Below are positions 9,768 to 19,585 of a stretch of 64,000 nucleotides of DNA, one piece after another. The stretch is from Spirulina sp. GTDB taxonomy: Bacteria; Cyanobacteriota; Cyanobacteriia; Phormidesmidales; Phormidesmidaceae. The position numbers were made by a program, and so were the translations under genes. Under the pieces are notes generated by a model. It searched no databases and had not been told where the DNA came from. It was given only the letters and a program-made list of their open reading frames with translations. How positions within the stretch are numbered: position 1 is the first letter of the stretch; each line of letters starts with the position of its first letter. The stretch is from contig JBIPSI010000008.1 of the NCBI GenBank assembly GCA_044070495.1, positions 96,001-160,000 on the forward strand, given 5' to 3'.

Positions 9768-10460
9768 TTAGGTTGGCTTTAGCTTTCCCTTGGCCTTCAA
9801 CCACTTCAAGGCTTCCCGCTGGCTGAGGGAGGCAAGGGCCGCTCCAGAAACAAAGTCCTGAACCGCCTCAGGGGCCGTCTTAGAATATTCCCGCAAGGCC
9901 CACCCAATGGCTTTTTGAATAAAGAACTCTGAGGAATCCTGATTTTCTTCCACCAAAGAGAAGAGCAATTGCGTATCGGTTTCTGCTTTATAGCCCAGTT
10001 GAAACAGTAGCGTGGTACGACGTAGCCACAGGTTGTCGCTTTGCCGCCATGGGTTAATCACCGCATCGCGATGGTTTGGATACTGACGCAACAGTTTGCC
10101 CACACCATGACTAGCCAGGGAGTCCACGGTATCCCACCAAGATTTAGTCGTAATTAGGTATTCCAGACAGGGCACAATGTCGGGCGTAAGGTGTTTTTGC
10201 TGTTTACCCAAAATCAATAGCGCTACATACTGATATTCCCGCGCTGGCCAACCCCAAAGATCTTTCACCACTGCTTCAATCTGATCGGGATTGGGTAACC
10301 CATACTCAGCCACAAACTGCTTAAACAGATCGGCCTGAGCGGGACTTTTAATGCCCAAAAACTCGAACTGATTTCGCATATACTTTTTCATCGGCTCCGC
10401 TTGATCCGGGTTGGCCGCTGCCTCAAATCGTGCTTTCAGGGGGGCTAGGTAAGTATTCAT
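9768..10460 (-). CDS. DNA alkylation repair protein (AlkD-like, HEAT-repeat glycosylase)
   Basis: MKKYMRNQFEFLGIKSP, REYQY, KSWWDTVD, WLRRT and FFIQKAIGWALREYSK. Confidence 0.9.
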   Translation of the reverse strand: MNTYLAPLKARFEAAANPDQAEPMKKYMRNQFEFLGIKSPAQADLFKQFVAEYGLPNPDQIEAVVKDLWGWPAREYQYVALLILGKQQKHLTPDIVPCLEYLITTKSWWDTVDSLASHGVGKLLRQYPNHRDAVINPWRQSDNLWLRRTTLLFQLGYKAETDTQLLFSLVEENQDSSEFFIQKAIGWALREYSKTAPEAVQDFVSGAALASLSQREALKWLKAKGKLKPT

Positions 10461-10690
10461 GCTCGCGACAGAACTCAAGCGACAGAACTTAGCTCAGCAT
10501 AGGCGACACCACCTCGCCTGTGTTGGTAATAAGGTAATTTGCCTCTCCAGGACATAACGTAGGCATCTAGGACCTCGCTTCGGCTGTCAACGACACAGGC
10601 AACGAAAATCTAGTGAAATAATCTGTTTAGCCATCCGCTGAATCAACTTTCTGAACCAGGGACAGGGACGATACTCAGACACCTAGTACA

Positions 10691-10835
10691 GCCGAAGACT
10701 ATGGTAAGTTTGTTCCTTTTTCCACCCGTATGATAGCTGCCATGAGAGCCCGTGAATCTAGTCGCGATGATCGGTTGTTTTATGCTCCCTTTGCAGCATT
10801 TCTCGCTGGCGAAGCCGCGTTTCAACGAATAGATC
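10691..10835 (+). pseudogene. N-terminal remnant of a leucine-carboxyl-methyltransferase-like SAM-dependent methyltransferase
   Basis: VPFSTRMIAAMRARESSRDDRLFYAPFAAFLAGE matches the T...AA.RA.E..R.D.LF.DPFA..LAG N-terminus of this family. Similarity then ends and the frame stops at 10939. Confidence 0.6.
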
Positions 10836-10978
10836 CTATGGGTGTAGATCATACGGGTAATGTATCCGTTCACAACGGTGCTGGGGTAAACCTCAGCGCC
10901 GCCGATATACTTGAAAATGAAGTACCGTTCGGCATTTAGGTTCCAATCAGGCTTTGTTGTACTGGGGAAAACCATCTC

Positions 10979-11704
10979 ATGATCGCCCCGCCCCCGAACG
11001 CCCCTGTTCTATTCCACGGTCGCCAGATCACCAAGACCTACCAGATGGGCGAGGTGGCGGTGCAGGCCCTACGCCAGGTGGATATCGATCTCTACGAAGG
11101 GGAGTTTGTGGTGCTGCTGGGGCCATCGGGCAGCGGCAAGTCTACGCTGCTGAACATCCTGGGCGGGCTAGATGTACCAACCAGCGGCGAGGTATTTTTT
11201 AAAACCCAAAACCTGACCGCAGGGGGAGATCGCCGCCTCACCCGCTTTCGTCGCGAGTCCATCGGTTTTGTCTTTCAGTTCTACAACCTCATCCCCAGCC
11301 TAACGGCCAAGGAAAACGTCGCCCTCGTCACCGATATCGCCCCCCACCCGATGCGGCCCGAGGTAGCCCTCGATCTGGTGGGCTTGGCTGACCGCCTCGA
11401 CCACTTTCCCTCCCAACTCTCCGGTGGACAGCAGCAGCGAGTAGCGATTGCCCGCGCCATTGCCAAACGCCCCGAAGTTCTCTTCTGCGACGAACCCACC
11501 GGGGCGCTCGACTTTACTACCGGCAAACTGGTGCTGGAGGTGCTAGCCCGCGTGAATCAAGACCTGGGCACCACCGTCGTGATCATCACCCACAACGCCG
11601 GGATTGGGGCCATGGGGGATCGCGTCATTACCATGCGCGACGGCCAGATCCACTCCGTAGAGCACCATCAGCGGCGGGCGAAGCCAGAGGAGTTGGAGTG
11701 GTGA
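10979..11704 (+). CDS. ABC transporter ATP-binding protein (MacB/LolD-like)
   Basis: [31 protein letters not shown] and CDEPTGALD. Confidence 0.95.
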   Translation: MIAPPPNAPVLFHGRQITKTYQMGEVAVQALRQVDIDLYEGEFVVLLGPSGSGKSTLLNILGGLDVPTSGEVFFKTQNLTAGGDRRLTRFRRESIGFVFQFYNLIPSLTAKENVALVTDIAPHPMRPEVALDLVGLADRLDHFPSQLSGGQQQRVAIARAIAKRPEVLFCDEPTGALDFTTGKLVLEVLARVNQDLGTTVVIITHNAGIGAMGDRVITMRDGQIHSVEHHQRRAKPEELEW

Positions 11705-11728
11705 GCGACCAAAGATGCGAGGTAAACC

Positions 11729-11773
11729 CTTGAACCTTGAACCTTAGAACTTTGGAACCTTAGAACTTTGATC
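11729..11773 (+). repeat. Short 7-8 bp tandem repeat (CTTGAAC/CTTAGAAC), about 6 units
   Basis: cttgaac cttgaac cttagaac tttggaac cttagaac tttgatc. Confidence 0.75.
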
Positions 11774-11792
11774 CCTGAATTCCCCCCTACCC

Positions 11793-14162
11793 ATGCGCTC
11801 CCTCCACCGTAAACTCCTCCGCGACCTCCGCAGCCTCCGAGGCCAGATAATCGCCATCGTACTGATCGTGGCCTGTGGCATAGCCAGTTTGGTAACCATG
11901 ACCAGCACCTACCAGTCGCTGCGGCTGTCCCAGGAGCAATACTACAGCCAGTACCGCTTTGGGGAGGTATTTGGGCAACTGCGACGGGCACCGGAGGGGG
12001 TGATGGGGCAGATTCAGGCGATACCGGGGGTAGGGCAGGCGCGATCACGGGTGGTGGAGACCGTCACCCTAGACGTGCCGGGGCTGGAGGATCCGGCCAC
12101 CGGGCGACTGATTTCCATGCCGGAGCAGCGCCAGCCCGTGCTCAACGACATTGCCCTCCAGTCGGGCCGCTATTTTCAGCCTGGGCGGGCCGACGAGGTG
12201 ATCGCCAGCCCCGCCTTTGTGGCGGCGAACCACCTAGCCCTGGGGGACGCCATCAGCGCGGTAATCAATGGCCGTTGGCAGACGCTGCGGATTGTGGGCA
12301 CGGCCCTGTCACCGGAGTACGTCTACGAGATCAGCGGCACCGAACTGTTGCCCGACAGTCAGCGGTTTGGGGTGTTTTGGATGGGGCGTGAGGCCCTGTC
12401 CACGGCCTTTGACCTGAACGGGGCCTTCAACGATGTGGTGCTAACCCTAACCCCAGGGGCCAACCAGCAGGCGGTGATCTTTCGCCTCGACCAGTGGCTA
12501 GCGCCCTACGGCGGACTGGGGGCCTACGGGCGCGAGAACCAGGTTTCCCACCGCTTTCTGGAGGACGATTTGCAGGGGCTCCAGGTGATGGCGCTGATTC
12601 TGCCGGTGATTTTCCTGGGCATTGCCGCCTTTTTGCTGAATATGGTGTTGGCCCGCCTGGTCGGCAGCCAGCGGGATCAAATTGCGGTGCTCAAGGCCTT
12701 TGGCTACCGCAACATCGAGGTAGGACTGCATTTTTTGCAGTTGGTGATGGTGGTAGTGGCCCTAGGGGCAGCGGTGGGCATCGGCCTGGGTCGCTGGTTG
12801 GGGGCGAGCTTCACCGAATTCTACACCCAGTACTACCAGTTTCCGGCAGTGCAGTACCGGGCTGGGTTGGGGCTGATGTTGGGGGCGGTGACGGTGAGCC
12901 TGATTGCGGCGCTGGTAGGAGCTTTCAATGCTGTGCGCGGTGTCGTGGCTCTGCCCCCCGCCGAGGCCATGCGGCCTGCCCCTCCGGCCAGCTTTCGGCC
13001 CACCCTATTGGAGCGACTGGGGTTTCAGCGCTGGCTCTCCCCCACCGGACGGATCATTCTGCGCAACCTGGAGCGTCGGCCCTGGCAGGCCATGCTGGCC
13101 ATCGTCGGCATTGCCCTGGCGGTAGCCATTCTGGTAGTGGGCGGCTACTTCGGTGATGCCATCGACCACATCCTGGCGGTGCAGTTCAACACGGTGCAGC
13201 GGGAAGACCTGACGATCAGCTTCACGCAACCCCTATCGGGCCGAGTGCGCCACGACCTCGCCCAACTGCCGGGGGTGCTGCGGGTGGAACCCTTCCGGGC
13301 GGTGCCGGTACGCCTGCGGTTCGAGCAGCGATCCCGTCTAGGTAGCATCACCGGGCTGTCAACCCCCAGCACCCTACGCCAGATGATCGACGCCGACCTG
13401 CGGGCAGTGCCCCTGCCCAGCAGCGGACTCGTGCTTAGCCAAACCCTGGCGGAGTTGCTGCATGTCCAGGTGGGAGACACCCTGACGGTGGAGGTGCTGG
13501 AGGGATCTCGCCCCACCCGCCCGGTGCCCGTCGTCGGACTGGTGAACGAGCTGGTGGGACTCTCCGCCTATATGGAAGTGAATGCCCTCAATGCCCTGAT
13601 GCAGGAGGCCCAGAGTTATTCCGGAGCCTACCTGCGGGTAGACTCCGAAGCCTTGCCCATCCTCTATCGCCAACTCAAGCGCACCCCCACCGTGGCCAGC
13701 GTCGCCCAACGCCAGACCGCCCTCGAGCAATTCAACGACACCGTGGGAGCCACCTCCGGGGCTATGAACACTGTCCTAATGCTGTTTGCCACCATCATCT
13801 CCGCCGGGGTGATCTATAATGCCGCCCGCATTGCCCTCTCCGAACGTAGCCGCGAACTGGCCACCCTACGCATCATCGGCTTCACCCAACGAGAGATCGC
13901 CTTCATTCTGCTAGGGGAACAGGGAGCGCTCACCCTGGCGGCGGTGCCCCTGGGCTGGGGGCTGGGCTACGCCATGGCCTGGGCCCTAAGCGAGTTCGCC
14001 GTCACCGACTCCGAGCTGTTTCGTCTGCCCTTTGTGATTCAGCCCGCCAGCTACCTGTTTGCCCTGGTCGTCACGGTGCTGGCGGCGATTGGCTCCGGTC
14101 TGCTCATCGCCCGCCAGTTGTACAGCCTGGACTTGGTAGCCGTATTGAAAACAAGGGAGTGA
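11793..14162 (+). CDS. ABC transporter permease, duplicated MacB/FtsX-type
   Basis: 789 aa in two halves with periplasmic domains. QIAVLKAFGY and ERSRELATLRIIGF FtsX motifs. Confidence 0.92.
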   Translation: MRSLHRKLLRDLRSLRGQIIAIVLIVACGIASLVTMTSTYQSLRLSQEQYYSQYRFGEVFGQLRRAPEGVMGQIQAIPGVGQARSRVVETVTLDVPGLEDPATGRLISMPEQRQPVLNDIALQSGRYFQPGRADEVIASPAFVAANHLALGDAISAVINGRWQTLRIVGTALSPEYVYEISGTELLPDSQRFGVFWMGREALSTAFDLNGAFNDVVLTLTPGANQQAVIFRLDQWLAPYGGLGAYGRENQVSHRFLEDDLQGLQVMALILPVIFLGIAAFLLNMVLARLVGSQRDQIAVLKAFGYRNIEVGLHFLQLVMVVVALGAAVGIGLGRWLGASFTEFYTQYYQFPAVQYRAGLGLMLGAVTVSLIAALVGAFNAVRGVVALPPAEAMRPAPPASFRPTLLERLGFQRWLSPTGRIILRNLERRPWQAMLAIVGIALAVAILVVGGYFGDAIDHILAVQFNTVQREDLTISFTQPLSGRVRHDLAQLPGVLRVEPFRAVPVRLRFEQRSRLGSITGLSTPSTLRQMIDADLRAVPLPSSGLVLSQTLAELLHVQVGDTLTVEVLEGSRPTRPVPVVGLVNELVGLSAYMEVNALNALMQEAQSYSGAYLRVDSEALPILYRQLKRTPTVASVAQRQTALEQFNDTVGATSGAMNTVLMLFATIISAGVIYNAARIALSERSRELATLRIIGFTQREIAFILLGEQGALTLAAVPLGWGLGYAMAWALSEFAVTDSELFRLPFVIQPASYLFALVVTVLAAIGSGLLIARQLYSLDLVAVLKTRE

Positions 14163-14166
14163 TGGG

Positions 14167-14292
14167 TTTGAACTTTGAACCTTGAACTTTGAACCTTGAA
14201 CTTTCAACTTTGAACTTTGAACTTTCAACTTTGAACCTTGAACTTTGAACTTGCAACTTTGAACCTTGAACTTTGAACTTTCAACTTTGAAC
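14167..14292 (+). repeat. Heptamer tandem array (T/C)TTGAAC x18 (STRR-like)
   Basis: 18 in-register 7-mers counted directly, with variants tttcaac and ttgcaac. Fills almost the whole intergenic spacer. Confidence 0.95.
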
Positions 14293-14303
14293 GGAGCTTC
14301 CCC

Positions 14304-15680
14304 ATGACCAGCCCCCAGGCCACCATCGATACCGAGACCAAACCCCGCCGGATACCCCGTTGGTCGCGCCACTGGCTCTACGCCATCGGTGGCCTGGGGC
14401 TAGCGGCACTGGTGGGCTATGTCCTGCGGCCCCAGCCGATTGCCGTGGATCTGGCAACGGTGGAGCGGGGCGAGTTGCAGGTGACGGTGAATGCCGAGGG
14501 CCAAACGCGGGTGCGGGATCGCTACACCATTGCCGCCGCCGTCGATGGCGAACTCCAGCGCATTGACCTACGGGCGGGGGATGCCGTAGATGCCGGGGCG
14601 GTGGTTGCCCGCCTCGATCCGCTACCCCTCAGCAGCCAAGTGAAGGCCACCCAGGCCCGCCGCCGCTCGGTGGAGGCCCAACTGGCCGGAGTGGACACCC
14701 AGCGGCCCAAGCCCGAAGCCCTAATGCAGGCAGAAACCCGGATTCGTGCCGCCCAGGCCCAGCAGGCCCAGGCCCAGGCCCAGGTGCGCGAGGCCCAGGC
14801 CACCCTGGTACAGGCCGAGCGAGATCGGGATCGGATGGCGACCCTAGAGCGGCAGGGGGCCATCGCCCGTCGCGATCTAGAGGCCATGGATCTGGCCGTC
14901 ACCCAGCGGCAGCAGGCTTTGGCCACCGCCCGCCAGCAGGTCAACGTCGCCCAAGCCGATGTGCAGGAGGCCCAGGCGACCCTGGAACGGATCACCGCTG
15001 AACAGCAGGATCCTGACTATTTACTAGAGGTGTATCGGGGGGAACTCGCCGCCCTGGATGCCGAACTGGCGAGTCTGGCCGACAACGCCCGCCGCGCCAC
15101 CATCAGCGCCCCCGCCGCTGGCAGGGTTCTAACGGTACTGGAACCCAGCGCCCGATTTGTGGCCGCAGGTACGCCCCTACTCACCCTAGGCGATCCCAAT
15201 AGCCTGGAATTGGTCATCGATATCCTCTCCACCGATGCGGTGCGGGTATCCCCTGGCAACCCCATCTACCTGGAGCGTTGGGGCGGTGAAGGTACCCTAC
15301 AGGCCACCGTGCGCCAGGTGGAGCCCGCCGCCTTCACCGAGGTCTCGGCCCTGGGCGTGGAGGAACAACGGGTGAATGTGATTGCTGACCTGACCGACCC
15401 TGCCATGGCCCTAGGAGATGGCTTTCGGGTGGATGCCCGCATTGTGGTGTGGCAAAGCGACAACGTACTGACGGTGCCCATCAGCGCCCTGTTCCGCTGC
15501 GATGCTGACTGGTGCACCTTTGTGGAGGAAAATGGTCGCGCCCAACGGCGACGGATAGACATCGGCCCCCGTAGCGATTTCGAGGCGGTTGTTACGGAGG
15601 GGCTAGCCGAGGGGGATCAGGTGATTCTCTACCCCGACGACCAGATCGAGCCAGGGGTACGGGTGCGGGGCAGAGGCTAA
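14304..15680 (+). CDS. Efflux periplasmic adaptor (HlyD/MacA family)
   Basis: N-terminal TM, lipoyl half-motifs, long coiled coil, SALGVEEQRVNV and VPISALF. Confidence 0.92.
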   Translation: MTSPQATIDTETKPRRIPRWSRHWLYAIGGLGLAALVGYVLRPQPIAVDLATVERGELQVTVNAEGQTRVRDRYTIAAAVDGELQRIDLRAGDAVDAGAVVARLDPLPLSSQVKATQARRRSVEAQLAGVDTQRPKPEALMQAETRIRAAQAQQAQAQAQVREAQATLVQAERDRDRMATLERQGAIARRDLEAMDLAVTQRQQALATARQQVNVAQADVQEAQATLERITAEQQDPDYLLEVYRGELAALDAELASLADNARRATISAPAAGRVLTVLEPSARFVAAGTPLLTLGDPNSLELVIDILSTDAVRVSPGNPIYLERWGGEGTLQATVRQVEPAAFTEVSALGVEEQRVNVIADLTDPAMALGDGFRVDARIVVWQSDNVLTVPISALFRCDADWCTFVEENGRAQRRRIDIGPRSDFEAVVTEGLAEGDQVILYPDDQIEPGVRVRGRG

Positions 15681-15717
15681 CAGGGTTGAGGCGGACGGGT
15701 TTTGCCAGATCAGGCCA

Positions 15718-16623
15718 TTAGCCCCGAAACTCGGAGGCCACAATCATGGAGCCGATGCCGAGGTCGGTGAAGATTTCGAGCAGCAGGGCGTGGGGAATGC
15801 GGCCATCGAGGATGTGGGCGGCTCCGACCCCTTGGGCCAGGGAGCGCACGCAGCAGTTCACCTTGGGAATCATGCCGCCGGAGACAATGCCCACGTCGAT
15901 GAGCTGGCGGGCCTTTTGGATATCCAGCTTGGGCAGCAGGGTGCCGGGGTCGGTGTAGTCCTCTAAAATTCCCTTGGTGTCGGTGAGCAGGATCAGCTTT
16001 TCGGCCCCTAGGGCGGCGGCAATTTCCCCAGCCACGGTGTCGGCATTGATGTTGTAGGCTTGGCCGTGTTCGTCCCTGGCCACGCTGGAAACAATGGGAA
16101 TGTAGCCCGCCTCCACCAGGGTCTTGATCACGCGGGAATCCACGCCGCTAACTTCGCCCACAAAGCCTACCCCCTCGGCCCCCTGGGGACGGGCGGTGAT
16201 CAGGTTGCCATCCACGCCGCACAGGCCCACGGCTTTGCCCCCGGCCTGGTTAATGAGGCCCACCAGTTCTTTGTTGACGCGGCCCACCAGCACCATTTCC
16301 ACTACGTCCATGGTGGGGGCATCGGTGACGCGCAGGCCGTCCTTAAACTGGGGTTCGATGTTCAGCTTGCCCAACCAGGTGTTGATCTCCGGGCCACCGC
16401 CATGCACCACCACCGGACGCAACCCCACGCAGGCCATAAACACAATGTCGCGGATCACGTCGGCCTTGAGGCTGCTGTCCTTCATGGCCGCGCCGCCATA
16501 CTTGACCACCACCGTGCGGCCCCGAAACTGCTGAATGTAGGGCAGGGCTTCGCTGAGGATCTGCACCCGTGTGGCCTCGGCGGCATGGATACCGTCGGCA
16601 CTGGAGGAAGAGGACTGAACCAT
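15718..16623 (-). CDS. argB: Acetylglutamate kinase
   Basis: [43 protein letters not shown] and GGMIPKV. ATG at 16623. Confidence 0.98.
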   Translation of the reverse strand: MVQSSSSSADGIHAAEATRVQILSEALPYIQQFRGRTVVVKYGGAAMKDSSLKADVIRDIVFMACVGLRPVVVHGGGPEINTWLGKLNIEPQFKDGLRVTDAPTMDVVEMVLVGRVNKELVGLINQAGGKAVGLCGVDGNLITARPQGAEGVGFVGEVSGVDSRVIKTLVEAGYIPIVSSVARDEHGQAYNINADTVAGEIAAALGAEKLILLTDTKGILEDYTDPGTLLPKLDIQKARQLIDVGIVSGGMIPKVNCCVRSLAQGVGAAHILDGRIPHALLLEIFTDLGIGSMIVASEFRG

Positions 16624-16663
16624 AGGGCTAGGGCGATAGGAATGATAGGCTCTCGCTAGTGTA

Positions 16664-17227
16664 TCAATTGAGCTGGGCCGAGGGCGCATCCGCCCGTAGT
16701 CTTTCGTCAACAAGGCTTAAAATTTGCGCGGCGATGGCCTCCACGCTGTCCTCCGTCCCCACGGGCACCCGCACATCCGCCTGGGCATAGAGGGGCTGGC
16801 GCTGCTCCACCAAATCCGCCAGGGTTTGCCGCCAGTCGGGCCGTTGCAGCAGGGGCCGTCCCGTTTCCCCCGATAGGCGCTGCTCTAGCACCGCCAGGGG
16901 CACATCCAGCCACACCACAATGCCGTGGTGCAGATAGCTCCAGTTTTGCCGCTGGGTAACCATGCCGCCCCCCGTGGCAATCACCAGCCGCCGATAGGCC
17001 GAGAGCTGCGCCAACACCTCCGTTTCCTGCCGCCGAAAGGCCGCTTCCCCAGCTTCGGCGAACATTTCAGGAATCGTTCGCCCCGCCGCCGCCTCTAGCA
17101 CCGCATCGGTATCAAAAAACTGATAGGCCAAGGCCTGAGCCAGGGCGGTTCCGGTGCTGCTTTTGCCCGCCCCCATCATGCCAACGAGGTAGAGATTGGT
17201 GCCTTGGAGTCGTTCGGTAAGGGTCAT
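16664..17227 (-). CDS. aroK: Shikimate kinase
   Basis: [32 protein letters not shown] and RQPLYAQAD. Confidence 0.95.
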   Translation of the reverse strand: MTLTERLQGTNLYLVGMMGAGKSSTGTALAQALAYQFFDTDAVLEAAAGRTIPEMFAEAGEAAFRRQETEVLAQLSAYRRLVIATGGGMVTQRQNWSYLHHGIVVWLDVPLAVLEQRLSGETGRPLLQRPDWRQTLADLVEQRQPLYAQADVRVPVGTEDSVEAIAAQILSLVDERLRADAPSAQLN

Positions 17228-17253
17228 GGGGAATCGATAAATGGGATGGGGGG

Positions 17254-17433
17254 TTAGGGCGCACTGCTAGGCGTCCGTAAGGCCAGTTGGGGTATCCCGG
17301 CAATTTTGCCAGCGGCGCCCAGGGTGACAAGCTCCTGTTGAAATAGGGCCACTGCGACCGCTTTCAGACAGTCTACCTCTGACAACGCATGGCCCCCTGC
17401 AAGGCTATCAGAAATCTCTAGGGTAATTTTCAT
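17254..17433 (-). pseudogene. UPF0175-family protein, apparently C-terminally truncated (59 aa, below the ORF-track cutoff)
   Basis: Manual translation MKITLEISDSLAGGHALSEVDCLKAVAVALFQQELVTLGAAGKIAGIPQLALRTPSSAP*. The A(I/V)ALF..E.(V/I)TLG.A..IAG pattern fits UPF0175, but the usual F...L..RGI tail is missing. Confidence 0.6.
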
Positions 17434-17501
17434 GGCGTGGCGAGGCCGGTTTGAGCATCGTAGACCAGAGGAACACGGTCTAATACTAAATCCTACTTAG
17501 C

Positions 17502-17614
17502 TAACCCCGATTCCCCGATGGTGCATTGCGGCTAATCAAGGTGGTCAGGGCGTCGCCAGGTAGGGGATAGCCGCGAATGCCCCCTACGATTCTGCCTTTT
17601 GGGAATCGGGGTTA
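17502..17614. mobile_element. MITE-like element with 14-bp terminal inverted repeats enclosing a GTAG REP-like palindrome
   Basis: TAACCCCGATTCCC (17502-17515) and GGGAATCGGGGTTA (17601-17614). Internal GTAGGGG...CCCCTAC at 17560-17587. A related end lies at 61712-61738. Confidence 0.55.
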
Positions 17615-17640
17615 TGGGATTCGGAGAAGATTTGGGGCTT

Positions 17641-17671
17641 GTTGGTTCTGCTATCGCGCCACCCAACCTAC
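17641..17671 (-). repeat. GTAG-type REP-like palindrome
   Basis: Reverse complement is GTAGGTTGGGTGGCGCGATAGCAGAACCAAC, the same family as 9680-9710. Confidence 0.65.
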
Positions 17672-17714
17672 TTTGGAGATGGGGCAGGCAATCAGGGGCT
17701 AGAGTCCATGGTTC

Positions 17715-19442
17715 CTAGGCGAAGGCTTCGTCCTCTGGGTCGTCTGTGGTGGTGGTGCGATCAGGAGCAGAACGACGGGCAAAGGCAGTGCAATAGCCAT
17801 CGGGGCTGACTTGCATTCCATATAGCGGCGAGGCCATACCCCGACAGCGTCCGTTATAGAAATGGCGGCAGCGTTGGCAGCTATCGGGCTGTTCGGGGCG
17901 ATCCTCTGGCTCCACCTGTCGCAGCAAATCGCGCTGGGTAAGGCCCTTAATCACCAGTTCATCCCCCTGCCAGCGGGCTTGCACGATGCCGGTGTCGGCC
18001 AGGGTGCGCCAGCGGGGGTCGGCGGTAAGGCGGTCGGGCAACAGCAGCAGCACGCTGTCGTCCATGGCGGTGATTTCCCCCTCAAACAGCGGATCGGGGG
18101 CGGCGGGCTGCAAAAAACGGTCGCCAATGGGAAACTCTACCCGCTTCCCCACGGAGGGCAGATGGAGTTGGTAGCGGGTTTGCAGTTCCTCTAGACTGGC
18201 TAGGTCGGCCAGGTGATTGGGGGGGCCATGAACAAAGGCCACATGCTGAGGACGCAGGTTGTGAATCAGTTGGGTGGTGCCGACGGCGTCGCTGTGGGTG
18301 GTGAGCAGATAGGTATCGAGTTGCACTCGGCCTGTATCGAGATCGGGGGCCAGGGTTTGCAACCAGGCCAAGGTAGACCCCGCTTCAGATTCGGGGGCGG
18401 CCAACACCGCCGTGGCGAGGTGGGAGGCAAAGGCTTCGGGTAACAGCACCGTCCAGGGGTGGTTAGATTCCCGACAATAGCGGCTGAGGTCGGCGTCGCG
18501 ATAGCCCAGCACAATGGCCGGGGTGGTCGGATCGGGCATCTCGCCAACCCCCAGCCGTCGAATGCGAGGCCGCACCCGTTCGTCCCAAAACAGGGGCTGG
18601 TGTCGGGCAAAGTTTTGCACACTGCTGGGCAGGTAGGGCAACAGTTCCAGGTAGTGATCGCAGCCCGCCGCCACCGTGGCATCCACCCACACCGTCACAT
18701 CCTTGCCCGTGAACTGGTGATGACTTCGCAACAGCATCACCAATTCCTGCCCCTGGCCGAGGGTGGGCACGGGCAACAGAACGGAACGTCCCGCTTGCAG
18801 ACGGTCGTAGATGGTCTGGGCCAGTTGATTTTCCTGCTGTCGCCGATGGGGATGACGGGCAGTGCCAGCGCTCCCCTCAATGATCAGCACATCGGGGCGC
18901 ACCCCCCGCAGAGCCTCTAGGGGCAGACCATCCACTAGCCGCGAGTTGGAAATAAAAAAATCGCCCGTGTAAAACAGGGTGTAGGGGCGCTGGGGTGTGG
19001 TGTAGGTCAACAGCACACAGGCGGCACCGGGCAAATGCCCCGCTGGCCACAGTTGCAGGGTAAGGTCGTCCGTAAGCTGGAGGGGCGTATTCCAGGGCAA
19101 CGCCTGACACAGATGGGGCGGCACCTGTTCGGGACGATCTAACCAGTTCAGCGGCAATAGCTGGGCGGTGACCTCACTGCCATAGATGGGCACCTGGGGA
19201 AAGGCGCGATGGAAATCCAGCAGGCCACGGGCATGATCGCTGTGGGCGTGGCTGCACAGCAACATATCCGCCCGCTCTATCCGATCCCGTGCGGCCTCCA
19301 GCAGAGCCATGTTCGATAGGCCACAGTCCAGCAAAATCCGCCGTGGCCCTAGGCTTACCTCTAGGCAAACGCCCTCGCCACCGTGACCCGCCCCAAAGGC
19401 CAAGCAGGATAGTTCACTCACGGTTGCCGATACCGAATCCAC
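17715..19442 (-). CDS. MBL-fold (beta-CASP-like) metallo-hydrolase with a C-terminal Cys-rich segment
   Basis: LLDCG, SHAHSDH, AGHLPGA, YTGDF and VHG motifs. C-terminal CQRC...C...C. Confidence 0.88.
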   Translation of the reverse strand: MDSVSATVSELSCLAFGAGHGGEGVCLEVSLGPRRILLDCGLSNMALLEAARDRIERADMLLCSHAHSDHARGLLDFHRAFPQVPIYGSEVTAQLLPLNWLDRPEQVPPHLCQALPWNTPLQLTDDLTLQLWPAGHLPGAACVLLTYTTPQRPYTLFYTGDFFISNSRLVDGLPLEALRGVRPDVLIIEGSAGTARHPHRRQQENQLAQTIYDRLQAGRSVLLPVPTLGQGQELVMLLRSHHQFTGKDVTVWVDATVAAGCDHYLELLPYLPSSVQNFARHQPLFWDERVRPRIRRLGVGEMPDPTTPAIVLGYRDADLSRYCRESNHPWTVLLPEAFASHLATAVLAAPESEAGSTLAWLQTLAPDLDTGRVQLDTYLLTTHSDAVGTTQLIHNLRPQHVAFVHGPPNHLADLASLEELQTRYQLHLPSVGKRVEFPIGDRFLQPAAPDPLFEGEITAMDDSVLLLLPDRLTADPRWRTLADTGIVQARWQGDELVIKGLTQRDLLRQVEPEDRPEQPDSCQRCRHFYNGRCRGMASPLYGMQVSPDGYCTAFARRSAPDRTTTTDDPEDEAFA

Positions 19443-19462
19443 CCCTTAGCCACCTCAATGGC

Positions 19463-19585
19463 CTAGTGAGCCGACCCGTTGCCGTGGTAGCTATCGGTGT
19501 CGTAGAAGCCGTTTTTGGTGCCAAAGAACAGGGTGGCCACTACGAACAGCCCCGTCAAAACCGCCAAAACCAGTTTGATATCCAT
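19463..19585 (-). CDS. ndhP: NDH-1L small subunit NdhP
   Basis: 40 aa MDIKLVLAVLTGLFVVATLFFGTKNGFYDTDSYHGNGSAH, one TM plus the diagnostic FFGTxNGFYDTDxYHGNGSAH tail. Confidence 0.93.
   Translation of the reverse strand: MDIKLVLAVLTGLFVVATLFFGTKNGFYDTDSYHGNGSAH

Noticed and set aside
10540..10600. Possible integron attC site (CATAAC...) near alkD
   Set aside because: No matching GTTRRRY end with proper inner boxes, no integrase and no cassette array.
14167..14292. Possible CRISPR array, or the 128-aa minus-strand ORF 13986-14372 with KVQSSK repeats
   Set aside because: Units are contiguous 7-mers with no unique spacers and no cas genes are present. The ORF is just the translated repeat overlapping two real genes.
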